Of a stretch of 32,000 nt of DNA, positions 19,741-28,500 are shown piece by piece (the first letter of the stretch is position 1; the number at the start of each line of letters is the position of its first letter). Both the position numbers and the translations under genes were made by a program. The notes under the pieces were generated by a model, which searched no databases, was not told where the DNA came from, and saw only the letters and a list, made by a program, of their open reading frames with translations. The stretch is from NCBI GenBank assembly GCA_025340205.1, contig CP006868.1, positions 870,001 to 902,000 of the forward strand, written 5' to 3'. This stretch comes from Ignicoccus pacificus DSM 13166 (GTDB lineage: Archaea; Thermoproteota; Thermoprotei_A; Sulfolobales; Ignicoccaceae).

Positions 19741-20085
19741 TTGAGTAAGCGTCAAATCGTAATTGAGGGAAGCGCAAAGATAGGAAAGCTCAACATAGCA
19801 CCCCTTAACCTATCTCTAAGCCCAGAGGACCTCTCCAGCCCCCTCTCGTTACAGATGGCACTAAATAAAATCCTCGAGAACTTGGCTAATGCCTTTGAAG
19901 GTAACGTAAAACCCCACTACTTCGCTGAGGTAAAGTTCAGTGATCACCTAGGGATGCCAGTCTCCTTTGCGATAGACCTAGGCGACAAACTACCTCCATT
20001 TAGCAAAGATAAAGTAAAAGCGAGAATAATCATTGAACTTTACGAGGATGAGGAAGAGGAAGGAAATCCGGACGTCCCACCTTGA
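19741..20085 (+). CDS. Hypothetical protein, 114 aa
   Basis: ORF with coding-like composition; C-terminal acidic run overlaps the opposing gene. Confidence 0.55.
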   Translation: MSKRQIVIEGSAKIGKLNIAPLNLSLSPEDLSSPLSLQMALNKILENLANAFEGNVKPHYFAEVKFSDHLGMPVSFAIDLGDKLPPFSKDKVKARIIIELYEDEEEEGNPDVPP

Positions 20086-20342
20086 CGACGTCTTAAGCGA
20101 CCAACCAAATACTCGTGACTTCTCTCCTCAAGCCATTCCATTAAGTCATTCAACACGTACTCATTGGTAGACACCTTGGTCAGTAACCCTACTCTACTGA
20201 GTCTCTTTATCAGTGAAATAGAGACCTTACGTCCAAAGTATGGGGCTAGGACTTCGATAGCTTCCCCTACGTTAAACCTCCTTCCTTTGAACTTCTCTTT
20301 TAAAAGGAAATATGCGCTCACATCTCTTTTATCTAGCCACAT
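20040..20342 (-). CDS. Small winged-helix-like protein
   Basis: FNVGEAIEVLAPYFGRKVSISLIKRLSRVGLLTKVSTNEYVLND resembles a wHTH core; last gene of a three-gene minus-strand operon. Confidence 0.5.
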   Translation of the reverse strand: MWLDKRDVSAYFLLKEKFKGRRFNVGEAIEVLAPYFGRKVSISLIKRLSRVGLLTKVSTNEYVLNDLMEWLEERSHEYLVGRLRRRQGGTSGFPSSSSSS

Positions 20343-20345
20343 GGT

Positions 20346-21059
20346 TCAACCCAGCAAATCCTTCAGCTTCAACTTTCCCGAGTAGAGCGCCATTCCTATT
20401 ATCACCACGTCAACGCCGGCCTCGCTCAGCGATAGTACATCCTCCTTGGATCCGACACCACCCGCGTATTCCAAGAGTATCGATGGATACCTAGATCTGA
20501 TATACTTTACCCCTTCAATGTCCGGCCCCCTCATCGTACCTTCAGTGTCTACGTAGGTGTACATTATTCCTCTGAAGGACTTGCCTTCAAACTTCTTTAG
20601 GGCCTCATCTAAGCCCACGGGTAACTTTTCATTCCATCCCTCTACAGTTACTCTTCCACCTTTCAAGTCTATTGCAATTATCACCTTCTCCGGACCAAGT
20701 TCTTTAGATAGAGAATCAACGAAGTTTGGGTCTTTGTGGGCTTTGCTGCCGACTACCACGGCATCTGCATCTTGGTAAAGCTTGGCATGTTCAATGGATC
20801 TGATACCCCCGGCGACTTGGATCCAGAGTCCACGGTCCTTGGCCATTTCAATCAATTTCAGTATAGTGTCCTCATTCACCGGTCTACCTCGTTCAGCTGC
20901 ATCTAGATCCACTACGTGAATTCCTTCTGCCCCCTCATCGGCCCAGAAATCGAGCCACCTTAGAGGATCTCCAAGATCTAGACCGGTACCCCTGACGCCC
21001 CTAACTCTCTTGACCGCTCTACCATTAGAGATATCGATGCTTGGATAAACCTTAACCAT
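20346..21059 (-). CDS. hisA: HisA-like (ProFAR isomerase family) TIM barrel
   Basis: VYPSIDISNGRAVKRVRG, VVDLDAAERGRP, VAGGIRS, AIDLKGGRV, YAGGVGS. Confidence 0.85.
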   Translation of the reverse strand: MVKVYPSIDISNGRAVKRVRGVRGTGLDLGDPLRWLDFWADEGAEGIHVVDLDAAERGRPVNEDTILKLIEMAKDRGLWIQVAGGIRSIEHAKLYQDADAVVVGSKAHKDPNFVDSLSKELGPEKVIIAIDLKGGRVTVEGWNEKLPVGLDEALKKFEGKSFRGIMYTYVDTEGTMRGPDIEGVKYIRSRYPSILLEYAGGVGSKEDVLSLSEAGVDVVIIGMALYSGKLKLKDLLG

Positions 21060-22266
21060 GGGACCTCAGCTCCTCTTCGAGCGACGGTAACCACGTGTAA
21101 ATTTTACTTACGAATCCGCCTTCTGGGGCCATTGAGTTCAGAGCCTTAGCCAGTGTTGTTTGTTTATCCACCCAATAGATGTTCAATGCACAACTTCCCT
21201 TTAATAGAGCCGAGCGGATGCGATCCCTTTGATAGTCTGTCAAGTGGAATCCCATCCAAGCGTAGGAGTTCATGATAGCGCTTTCTAGTTCCCCCCTGCT
21301 AACCTGAGGGGAGCAAGACGCAGCGATGCCTAGCAGAAACTCTGGACTCTCTGTTTCTATCCAGAAATCATAGTTGAAAGTAGTTAGTGAGCCTAAAGCG
21401 ACACCTAGCAAGAACTTGTACAGAGGGTGAAGACCAGAACTGGGTTTCTCCATTATTATACTACATCCTCTGCAAGTGCTTAGCGAAAGCGCTAGCCATA
21501 TGAACTTCTTTTCAGTGTCCGAGAGCGCTTTGACGCTGATTAATTCGCTTCCCTTTCTCAGATATACGGTCTTGTTGTTAACTATTTCGATGTCAGCAAA
21601 AAGCAAATGACCAAATGCTCTATTCACGCCGACGTCGATCCTAGGGGATTTCCATGTGCATCTACATAGAGCTTCCAAGGGGAGACCTCTTATATCGTAG
21701 TTTAAACAGAGTTCATAACCATATGGATAATATTGGAGAGAAGAGACGAGTGCAGAAGCTTTAAGTGTCATGAGGATGTTAAGTAGGGTCTTCTCTAAGC
21801 ATTTCCTTCCTTCTTCCATAAAGGACTCGAAGTTATCCAGCTTTACCTTGGCATATATGCTATCGATTTCAATAATATTGTTCTTTAAGCATTCCCTGGC
21901 AGACATCCTCATTATTTCATGAACTACCTTCGCCGATACCGGAGGAAGAACATTTTCTGGAACAGGATAGGCATCGCCTAGTAACTTCGAGAGGGCAGAT
22001 CTTATGGCATAATTTAAGAATGTCATTATTTCTTGTTCGAGATAATCAAGTCTTAGTAAGTAGGTATCCTTCTTTAGTCGTCTAAAGGAAACCATGAATA
22101 TGTGACGATGCCTCTCTTTGAGTATATCACTTAATTGTTCTTCAAGGAGTTCAAGCACTTTATAGGAGAAGTAGCAGACCGCGTACCACCGGCTAACGAA
22201 CTTTGAGCGTACTAAGGCGCTCTTTCCTGAACCCGGAGGTCCTACAACTACGTTAACGGAGTTCAT
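21052..22266 (-). CDS. OLD/RecF/SMC-like P-loop NTPase with degenerate catalytic motifs
   Basis: Walker A VVGPPGSGKSAL; signature-like ALSDTEKKFIWLALSL; Walker B-like CSIIMEKPSSGLHP; H-loop region FWIETESPEFLLG. Confidence 0.7.
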   Translation of the reverse strand: MNSVNVVVGPPGSGKSALVRSKFVSRWYAVCYFSYKVLELLEEQLSDILKERHRHIFMVSFRRLKKDTYLLRLDYLEQEIMTFLNYAIRSALSKLLGDAYPVPENVLPPVSAKVVHEIMRMSARECLKNNIIEIDSIYAKVKLDNFESFMEEGRKCLEKTLLNILMTLKASALVSSLQYYPYGYELCLNYDIRGLPLEALCRCTWKSPRIDVGVNRAFGHLLFADIEIVNNKTVYLRKGSELISVKALSDTEKKFIWLALSLSTCRGCSIIMEKPSSGLHPLYKFLLGVALGSLTTFNYDFWIETESPEFLLGIAASCSPQVSRGELESAIMNSYAWMGFHLTDYQRDRIRSALLKGSCALNIYWVDKQTTLAKALNSMAPEGGFVSKIYTWLPSLEEELRSHG

Positions 22267-22307
22267 ATTTTCACGCCATCCCTTACTATAGCTCTGGGGA
22301 ATATAAC

Positions 22308-22949
22308 ATGACGCCTAGTTACCGACAACTCAGTAAAACTCTATATCAGAAAGGAGCTGAGGCAGAGATCTACTTGACCGAATACTGGGGGTGTAGAGCA
22401 ATTCTGAAAGTAAGAATAAAGAAAATGTATAGACATCCTAAGGTCGATAGTAATATCAGGCTTGAGAGGACGAGAAACGAAGCACTTAATATGCTCAGAG
22501 CATATAAGGCGGGCGTTAACGTACCAATGCTCTATGACTTCAGCTTGAGGGAGTACTGGATTTTAATGGAATACATTGAAGGAAAACCGCTCCGTGAAGA
22601 CCTCAATGAATATAATTTGAAAAAAGCTGGCGAAGCGCTTGCCTTAATGCACACTGCCAATATAGCACACTGGGATTATACTACGGCGAACATATTGGTG
22701 AATGAAGGCAAAATCTACGTTATAGATTTTGGTCTTTCGAGATATACGGAGAGCGATCTGGACAAGGCTATAGATATACACCTAATGATCAGATCGTTAT
22801 TAAGCGCACACCCGGAAGCCGAGAACTTAGTTGATGCCTTCTGGGAAGGCTATGCATCCTATGGCAACGTTGAGCTCATGAAGGAGATGGTCAGAAAAAT
22901 AGAAATGATGGGTAGGTATGTAAAGGAGAGGAGGAAGACGGTATGGTAA
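22308..22949 (+). CDS. bud32: KEOPS complex kinase Bud32 (stand-alone)
   Basis: KGAEAEIY, AILKVRIKKMYRHPKVDSNIRLERTRNEA, HWDYTTANILV, VIDFGLSRYT. Confidence 0.93.
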   Translation: MTPSYRQLSKTLYQKGAEAEIYLTEYWGCRAILKVRIKKMYRHPKVDSNIRLERTRNEALNMLRAYKAGVNVPMLYDFSLREYWILMEYIEGKPLREDLNEYNLKKAGEALALMHTANIAHWDYTTANILVNEGKIYVIDFGLSRYTESDLDKAIDIHLMIRSLLSAHPEAENLVDAFWEGYASYGNVELMKEMVRKIEMMGRYVKERRKTVW

Positions 22950-23518
22950 AGATATTCTTGCTAACATCAAATGAACATAAAGTTAACGAGATCCGAGAGA
23001 TTTTGAACGATTACAACGTAGAAGTAGAGATGGTAAAAGGTATTAAGGTAGAAATTCAAGAACTTGAGTTGGACGAGATAATTAGATATGCTGCCCTAAA
23101 AGCCAAGGAACATACCCTCAAAAGACCACTCTTCTTGGAAGACAGTGGTTTGTTCATCAGAGCCTTGGGTGGTTTTCCCGGTCCATTTAGTAGATACGTT
23201 TACGATACAATAGGGGTAAGAGGAGTGCTCAAGTTAATGGAAGGTATAGATGATAGAAAGGCGGAGTTTAGGTGTGCAGCGGCTTGTGTATGTCCAGACG
23301 AACGAATAATAGTAAACGTCGGAAAGGTTGAAGGCACCATAGCCCTTGAGGCCAGAGGAAAGAAAGGTTTTGGTTTCGATCCGATATTCGTACCTAGGGG
23401 TTTTAACAAGACGTTTGCTGAAATGGATCCTTCAGAGAAGAACTCCATATCCCATAGGGCTAGAGCCTTCAGAGGCTTGATTGAGAAGTATCTTGAAGTA
23501 TTCGGGGATACAGAGTGA
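22943..23518 (+). CDS. rdgB: XTP/dITP pyrophosphatase (Ham1/RdgB family)
   Basis: TSNEHKVNEIREIL, LFLEDSGLFIRALGGFPGPFSRYV, GFGFDPIFVPRG, KNSISHRARAF. Confidence 0.94.
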   Translation: MVKIFLLTSNEHKVNEIREILNDYNVEVEMVKGIKVEIQELELDEIIRYAALKAKEHTLKRPLFLEDSGLFIRALGGFPGPFSRYVYDTIGVRGVLKLMEGIDDRKAEFRCAAACVCPDERIIVNVGKVEGTIALEARGKKGFGFDPIFVPRGFNKTFAEMDPSEKNSISHRARAFRGLIEKYLEVFGDTE

Positions 23519-23519
23519 C

Positions 23520-23580
23520 CCCGGTTCATGGCCGGGCCCCATAAGGCCCCCTCACCGGGCAGCCGCCAAGGAGGGGTATC
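23520..23580. other. GC-rich structured intergenic segment
   Basis: CCCGG-TTCATGG-CCGGG, GGGCC-CCATAA-GGCCC and CCCCTC...GAGGGG potential helices right after the rdgB stop. Confidence 0.5.
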
Positions 23581-23590
23581 GTGTACTCAC

Positions 23591-23598
23591 TTATAAAT
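23591..23598 (+). promoter_or_regulatory. Putative TATA box for the rps13 operon
   Basis: ttataaat about 65 nt upstream of the GTG start of rps13. Confidence 0.5.
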
Positions 23599-23659
23599 GG
23601 AGTCACCCTGGTAGCCCTGTCCTCATCTTTCGGCGTCGGTAGTTTAGATCATCCTCCTA

Positions 23660-24157
23660 GTGAGTGCAGAATTTAAGGCCTCAAAAGGGTGTGGCACCGG
23701 GTGGTTGAGACTGGCAGAGGAGTTCAAATATATAGTTCGTATTGGTGACACGGATATAGACGGCTCTTTGCCAGCCGTCTACGGATTGGCCAAGATAAAG
23801 GGAATAGGTTATACCACTGCTTTAGCCATTTTGAGAAAGCTAAACATGGATCCCCTCATGAGACTCGGATACTTTAGTGATGCAAAGATAAAGGAGCTAG
23901 ATGAGGTTGTTAAGGACATAACTAAGCTAGGCTTCCCCTCCTGGCTTTACAACAGGAGGAAGGACTACGCTACGGGTAAGGACTTGCACTTGATAGGAGC
24001 CGAGCTCGTCTTCTACGCTAGACAGGACATAGAGAGGGAGAAGAGGATAAGGAGCTGGAGAGGAGTAAGGCATGCCCTAGGACTAAAGGTAAGGGGTCAG
24101 AGGACCGCTACTACTGGAAGGATAGGTATGACTATAGGCGTCTCCAAGAAGAAGTAA
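23660..24157 (+). CDS. rps13: Ribosomal protein uS13
   Basis: IRIGDTDIDGSLPAVYGLAKIKGIGY...; SWRGVRHALGLKVRGQRTATTGR. Confidence 0.96.
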   Translation: MSAEFKASKGCGTGWLRLAEEFKYIVRIGDTDIDGSLPAVYGLAKIKGIGYTTALAILRKLNMDPLMRLGYFSDAKIKELDEVVKDITKLGFPSWLYNRRKDYATGKDLHLIGAELVFYARQDIEREKRIRSWRGVRHALGLKVRGQRTATTGRIGMTIGVSKKK

Positions 24158-24170
24158 GGGGTGGTGAATC

Positions 24171-24677
24171 ATGGGAGATCCGAGAAAGCCTAGAAAGAAG
24201 TGGACCCCTCCTGGACACCCTTGGATAAAGGAGAGACTTATAGAAGAAATGAAGCTCATGGGAGAGTATGGACTCAGGAACAAGAAGGAAATATGGATTG
24301 CGGCAGCCATACTCAGGAAGTTTAGGCATCGTGCAAGGAGTCTGCTGGCACTACCCCCAGAGGTCAGAGAGAGGGAAGAGAAAGCTCTGCTATCCAGGCT
24401 GTACGATATAGGACTGGTCGATGAGAATGCCACTTTGGACGATGTACTGTCGCTAACCACTAAGGACCTATTAGAGAGGAGGCTTCAGACCATAGTATGG
24501 AAGAAGGGTCTAGCAAGAACGATTCATCAAGCTAGGCAGATGATCACTCACGGACACATAGCGATAAACGGGAGGAGGGTGACCTCACCCAGCTACATAG
24601 TCAGAAGGGAAGAGGAGGAGCTGATAGATTATGCTCCCACCAGCCCTTACTTTAAGAGGAGGCAAGAAGGCGAGTGA
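24171..24677 (+). CDS. rps4: Ribosomal protein uS4
   Basis: [18 protein letters not shown]; [29 protein letters not shown]. Confidence 0.96.
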   Translation: MGDPRKPRKKWTPPGHPWIKERLIEEMKLMGEYGLRNKKEIWIAAAILRKFRHRARSLLALPPEVREREEKALLSRLYDIGLVDENATLDDVLSLTTKDLLERRLQTIVWKKGLARTIHQARQMITHGHIAINGRRVTSPSYIVRREEEELIDYAPTSPYFKRRQEGE

Positions 24678-24690
24678 GGTGGTCTGAGAC

Positions 24691-25083
24691 ATGCCAAGGG
24701 AGATCAGATGGGGAGTCGCTCACATCTTCAGCTCTCCCAACAACACGTTCGTACACATAACCGACCTAACCGGTGCGGAGACTGCCTCCAGGATCACCGG
24801 AGGAATGGTAGTGAAGGCTGATAGAGAGAAGCCATCGCCCTACGCAGCGATGTTGGCCGCTGCCAAGGCCGCTCAAGAGGCCATGGAGAGGGGGATTACT
24901 GCCATCCACATTAAGGTAAGGGCTCCCGGAGGCTATGGTCCTAAGACCCCCGGTCCTGGAGCACAAGCGGCGATAAGGGCGTTAGCCAGATCAGGATTCA
25001 TCGTTGGAAGGATAGAAGACGTAACGCCATTGCCTCATGACAGCATCAGGAGACCTGGAGGCAGGAGAGGAAGGAGGGTCTAA
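24691..25083 (+). CDS. rps11: Ribosomal protein uS11
   Basis: [25 protein letters not shown]; [15 protein letters not shown]; [16 protein letters not shown]. Confidence 0.97.
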   Translation: MPREIRWGVAHIFSSPNNTFVHITDLTGAETASRITGGMVVKADREKPSPYAAMLAAAKAAQEAMERGITAIHIKVRAPGGYGPKTPGPGAQAAIRALARSGFIVGRIEDVTPLPHDSIRRPGGRRGRRV

Positions 25084-25088
25084 CACCT

Positions 25089-25943
25089 ATGCCTATCGAA
25101 GTTTTGGAAGAGTCTCCCACTTACATCAAATTACTTGTACGAGGCTATCCCCTCGAAGTCCTTAACAGCATCAGAAGGGCTACCATGGAAGAAGCTCCTA
25201 AGATGGCAGTTGATTTCATTGGTGTTGACAGAAACGACAGCGTTATGTTTAACGAAATACTAGCCCACAGGCTAGCCATGGTTCCATTAAAGAGCGAGGA
25301 AGCGTTAGAAAGGTACGCTTCGCCAGAAGAATGTAAGGACTGTACTCCAGAAGAAGCGGCTGCGGGTAAGTGTGTCTCTAGTGATGGAAAGCCTTGCTAC
25401 GCTAGACTAATACTCGAGGTCGAAGGAAAGAAGGGAGGAACAATAGTTTACACGAAGGATTTGGTGTCAGAGGATCCAGACGTAAAGCCGGTGTATGACA
25501 ACATACCTCTATTAAGCCTTCTTGAGGGACAGAAGGTAAAGTTAACCGCTTATGCCAGACTAGGAAGGGGGAAGGAGCACGCCAAGTGGATGCCGGCCGT
25601 CGTGGCAGTAGTAAAACCTATACTGAGGGGCGTTGAGGTAAGCGAGGCCGTTTGTGATAGTAAGTGCCAAGAAGAATGTGTTGAGTTGTGTCCTCATGCC
25701 TTCGAAATGAAGGATGGTAAGTTAAAGCTAAAGGAAGGTACAACGATATCGATGTTAATGCATTGTATCGAGTACATCTGTGAGGGTAGAGGACTAAAAC
25801 CGATCTTCGAAGAGGACAGCTTCATCTTTGAGGTTGAAAGCGACGGATCGCTCAGCGCTAGAAGAACACTAATAGAGGCCGCTAAGGCGGTCTCCCAGAA
25901 GATCGAGGCGTTAAAGACCCAACTGCGCGAGCAAGCGGGGTGA
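25089..25943 (+). CDS. rpoD: DNA-directed RNA polymerase subunit D (Rpo3)
   Basis: LNSIRRATMEEAPKMAVDFI; upstream Cys group CKDC...C...C; ferredoxin-like CDSKCQEECVELCPHAF. Confidence 0.96.
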   Translation: MPIEVLEESPTYIKLLVRGYPLEVLNSIRRATMEEAPKMAVDFIGVDRNDSVMFNEILAHRLAMVPLKSEEALERYASPEECKDCTPEEAAAGKCVSSDGKPCYARLILEVEGKKGGTIVYTKDLVSEDPDVKPVYDNIPLLSLLEGQKVKLTAYARLGRGKEHAKWMPAVVAVVKPILRGVEVSEAVCDSKCQEECVELCPHAFEMKDGKLKLKEGTTISMLMHCIEYICEGRGLKPIFEEDSFIFEVESDGSLSARRTLIEAAKAVSQKIEALKTQLREQAG

Positions 25944-25949
25944 TGAGTA

Positions 25950-26303
25950 GTGGCGGCACGTAGGAAGTTTACGAATATTGTGTTAAGAAAGACGCTAGAT
26001 GAGTTAAGGAAGACTAAGTCACCATTCTGGAAGAGGGTATACGAACTCCTCTCGAGGCCTGCCAGGGAGAGGGTAGTAGTAAACGTGAGCAAGATAAATC
26101 GTTATGCCAACGATGGCGATGTCGTTGTGGTACCCGGAAAGGTCCTAGGAGCTGGTGACATAGAGAAGAAGGTGACGGTCGCTGCCTTCTCCTTCTCCTA
26201 TACCGCTGTGGAGAAGATAACTCAAGCCGGAGGAAAGGTAATGCATATTTCTGAACTAGTAAAGGAAAACCCAAAGGGTAAGGGATTAAAAATAATAATA
26301 TAA
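25950..26303 (+). CDS. rpl18e: Ribosomal protein eL18
   Basis: Family sequence; position between rpoD and rpl13. Confidence 0.94.
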   Translation: MAARRKFTNIVLRKTLDELRKTKSPFWKRVYELLSRPARERVVVNVSKINRYANDGDVVVVPGKVLGAGDIEKKVTVAAFSFSYTAVEKITQAGGKVMHISELVKENPKGKGLKIII

Positions 26304-26306
26304 GGG

Positions 26307-26759
26307 GTGGAGAACATGAAGAGGGTAGTAATAGTAGATGGGGCCAATCAAATATTAGGGCGCATGGCCAGTCACGTCGCCAAGATGGCCCTAGAAGGAT
26401 ATGAGGTGCACATAATCAATGCAGAAAAGGTCGTCCTCTCCGGAAAGCCTGAGATGGTGGTAAACGCCTATCAACTCCTACTAGATGTTAAGACCCATAA
26501 GAATCCCTACAGAACCAAGATAAAGAGACCCAGAACCCCGGTAGCTTTGGTTAAGGACGCGATCAAGGGGATGTTACCCAAGCATAACACTAGAGGAAGG
26601 GAGGCTTTCAAGAGAGTTAAAGCCTACATAGGTACTCCCGAACTGAAGGTAAAGGGAGAAGTGATAAGGTTCTTGGATGCCGACGCTAGGAGGCTATCTG
26701 GAAAATACATAACTGTGGGTGAGGTCGCTAAGCGCATGGGTTGGAAGGGTGAGGCATGA
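26307..26759 (+). CDS. rpl13: Ribosomal protein uL13
   Basis: VIVDGANQILGRMASHVAKMAL; IKGMLPKHNTRGREAFKRVKAYIG. ATG at 26316 is an alternative start. Confidence 0.96.
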   Translation: MENMKRVVIVDGANQILGRMASHVAKMALEGYEVHIINAEKVVLSGKPEMVVNAYQLLLDVKTHKNPYRTKIKRPRTPVALVKDAIKGMLPKHNTRGREAFKRVKAYIGTPELKVKGEVIRFLDADARRLSGKYITVGEVAKRMGWKGEA

Positions 26760-27205
26760 TGGTTGAGGTTAAGTGGGCTAAGGAGCAAGAGGGTAAGGGT
26801 GGAGTTAGGATAGTGCTGGCGAGTGGAAAAAGGAAGAGGGCCATAGCCAAGGCGATAGTGTATCCCGGTAAGGGCAGGGTGTGGATTAATGGAGTTCCCG
26901 TCGAGATCGTGAAGCCCGAGATAAAGAGGTGGAGAATACTAGAGCCTCTACTACTGGCTGGAGAAAAGGTAATGAAGAACGTAGACATCAAGGTATGGGT
27001 GAAGGGAGGAGGCTTCATGGCTCAAGCTGAGGCGGCTAGAATGGCCATAGCAAGAGGGTTGATCAAGTACACTGGAAGCGAAGAGTTAAAGACACTATAT
27101 GAGGAGCACGATAGGCACATGCTCTCTGGAGATCCTAGGCGCACCGAGCCTGAGAAGTGGATGAGATATTCTGCTAGAAGAAGGAGGCAGAAGAGCTACA
27201 GGTGA
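26756..27205 (+). CDS. rps9: Ribosomal protein uS9
   Basis: [25 protein letters not shown]; C-terminal [27 protein letters not shown]. Confidence 0.96.
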   Translation: MMVEVKWAKEQEGKGGVRIVLASGKRKRAIAKAIVYPGKGRVWINGVPVEIVKPEIKRWRILEPLLLAGEKVMKNVDIKVWVKGGGFMAQAEAARMAIARGLIKYTGSEELKTLYEEHDRHMLSGDPRRTEPEKWMRYSARRRRQKSYR

Positions 27206-27212
27206 CCTTTTT

Positions 27213-27422
27213 ATGATGATCCCTGTTCGCTGTTACACTTGTGGAAAGCCTCTTATACAATACTACGAGGAGTTCAAGAAGAGAGTAGAATCTGGTGAGG
27301 ACCCCGAAAAGGTCCTCGACGATTTGGGCCTCAAGCGTTATTGTTGCAGAAGGACCATGCTTGCATCGATAGATGTCTCGAAGGAAATAATAAAGTTCAG
27401 CACACGTGTGCACAGGTGGTAA
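27213..27422 (+). CDS. rpoN: DNA-directed RNA polymerase subunit N (Rpo10)
   Basis: [14 protein letters not shown]...[16 protein letters not shown]. Confidence 0.97.
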   Translation: MMIPVRCYTCGKPLIQYYEEFKKRVESGEDPEKVLDDLGLKRYCCRRTMLASIDVSKEIIKFSTRVHRW

Positions 27423-27426
27423 GAAC

Positions 27427-28065
27427 ATGAGTGCGGAGAGCAAGGAAAATCTAGTAGAACTGTTAATATCGTTGGAGAAGTATTTGCAGCATGGAGTGCA
27501 CATAGGTACTAAGATGGTAACCAAGTACATGAATAACTTCGTCTACAAGAGGAGGAACGTTGATGGCTTGGCAGTTTTGGATGTGAGAAAGATAGATCAG
27601 AGAATAAGGGTAGCTGCAAAGTTCCTATCCAGATTCGAGCCGGAGAAGATAATGGCAGTATCTGTGAGGCAATATGGCCACAAGCCTGTGCTAATGTTCT
27701 CTAAGTTCGTCGGCGCTAAGCCTGTCATAGGAAGGTTCGTGCCAGGTACGTTAACCAACCCGGCGCTGGAAGTTTACTACGAGCCCGATGTGATCCTCGT
27801 AACCGATCCTAGGATAGATCAGCAAGCGATAGTGGAGGCCTCCGAAGTCGGAATACCAGTGGTAGCGTTCTGTGATACCGACAGCAGGACCGAGAACATA
27901 GACTTGATAATACCGGGTAACAACAAGGGTAGGAAGAGTCTGGCGCTGCTATACTGGCTACTCACCAGACAGATTCTCGTAGAGAGAGGTGAACTGTCTC
28001 CAAACGCTCCTGAAGATGAGCCCGCTCCAGTGAGCGAGTTCGAGACCAAAATAAAGCTCGTTTGA
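27427..28065 (+). CDS. rps2: Ribosomal protein uS2
   Basis: [36 protein letters not shown]; [13 protein letters not shown] at 27427 preferred over GTG 27406, which overlaps rpoN. Confidence 0.95.
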   Translation: MSAESKENLVELLISLEKYLQHGVHIGTKMVTKYMNNFVYKRRNVDGLAVLDVRKIDQRIRVAAKFLSRFEPEKIMAVSVRQYGHKPVLMFSKFVGAKPVIGRFVPGTLTNPALEVYYEPDVILVTDPRIDQQAIVEASEVGIPVVAFCDTDSRTENIDLIIPGNNKGRKSLALLYWLLTRQILVERGELSPNAPEDEPAPVSEFETKIKLV

Positions 28066-28258
28066 CATTTTTATTAAGGTTAAGAAAGAACGTTACATAC
28101 CTTCCCTATTCCATGAATATAAAGGAACTGCGACGCCTCTGAGGGCTCCTAGTCTTCACCGGTAGCTCCTCATGGTCCGCCACACTCATCATCGGCACAG
28201 AAAAGTGAAGCAAAATCCATAATAAGACTACTAGTGAGTGGAGGGTGGGTGAGCTCTC

Positions 28259-28498
28259 GTGGCCAAGTATAGGGTCACCATCGAGAATGAGAAGTGTATA
28301 TCCGACGCCGTCTGCGCGCACCTATGCCCTGACGTTTTCGAGATGAATGAGGAGTACAAAGCTGTCATAGTTGAGCAATACAGAGAGAACGGAAACCCCA
28401 CTGTTGGTATCATTCCTGAGGATCTAAAGGACTGTGCTGAGCAAGCCGCCCAGGCTTGCCCGGTTCAAATAATACACATAGAGCCGGTCGAGGAGTAA
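28259..28498 (+). CDS. Single-cluster ferredoxin with Asp-containing motif (CxxDxxCxxxCP)
   Basis: CISDAVCAHLCPDVFE...DCAEQAAQACPVQII; resembles the Pyrococcus ferredoxin type with Asp in the second ligand position. Confidence 0.93.
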   Translation: MAKYRVTIENEKCISDAVCAHLCPDVFEMNEEYKAVIVEQYRENGNPTVGIIPEDLKDCAEQAAQACPVQIIHIEPVEE

Positions 28499-28500
28499 CG

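Noticed and set aside
23519-23585. tRNA gene
   Set aside because: T-arm-like hairpin only; the invariant A58-equivalent is absent and no acceptor/D/anticodon arms can be assembled.
23590-23660. Possible second C/D sRNA on the minus strand upstream of rps13
   Set aside because: GATGA cores are present, but D boxes would have to be CCGA/GTGA, and the segment overlaps the rps13 promoter/5' UTR.
25694-26092. 132-aa ORF on the minus strand
   Set aside because: Antisense to rpoD/rpl18e; Ser-rich shadow of Lys/Glu codons.
28120-28210. Possible C/D-box sRNA on the minus strand (GATGATGA near 28191)
   Set aside because: Good box C match, but no CTGA D or D' at proper spacing on the same strand.
28106-28321. 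71-aa minus ORF (MRADGVGYTLL...)
   Set aside because: Runs antisense to the ferredoxin start and through the intergenic gap; no domain, improbable composition. The gap itself is kept as a finding.
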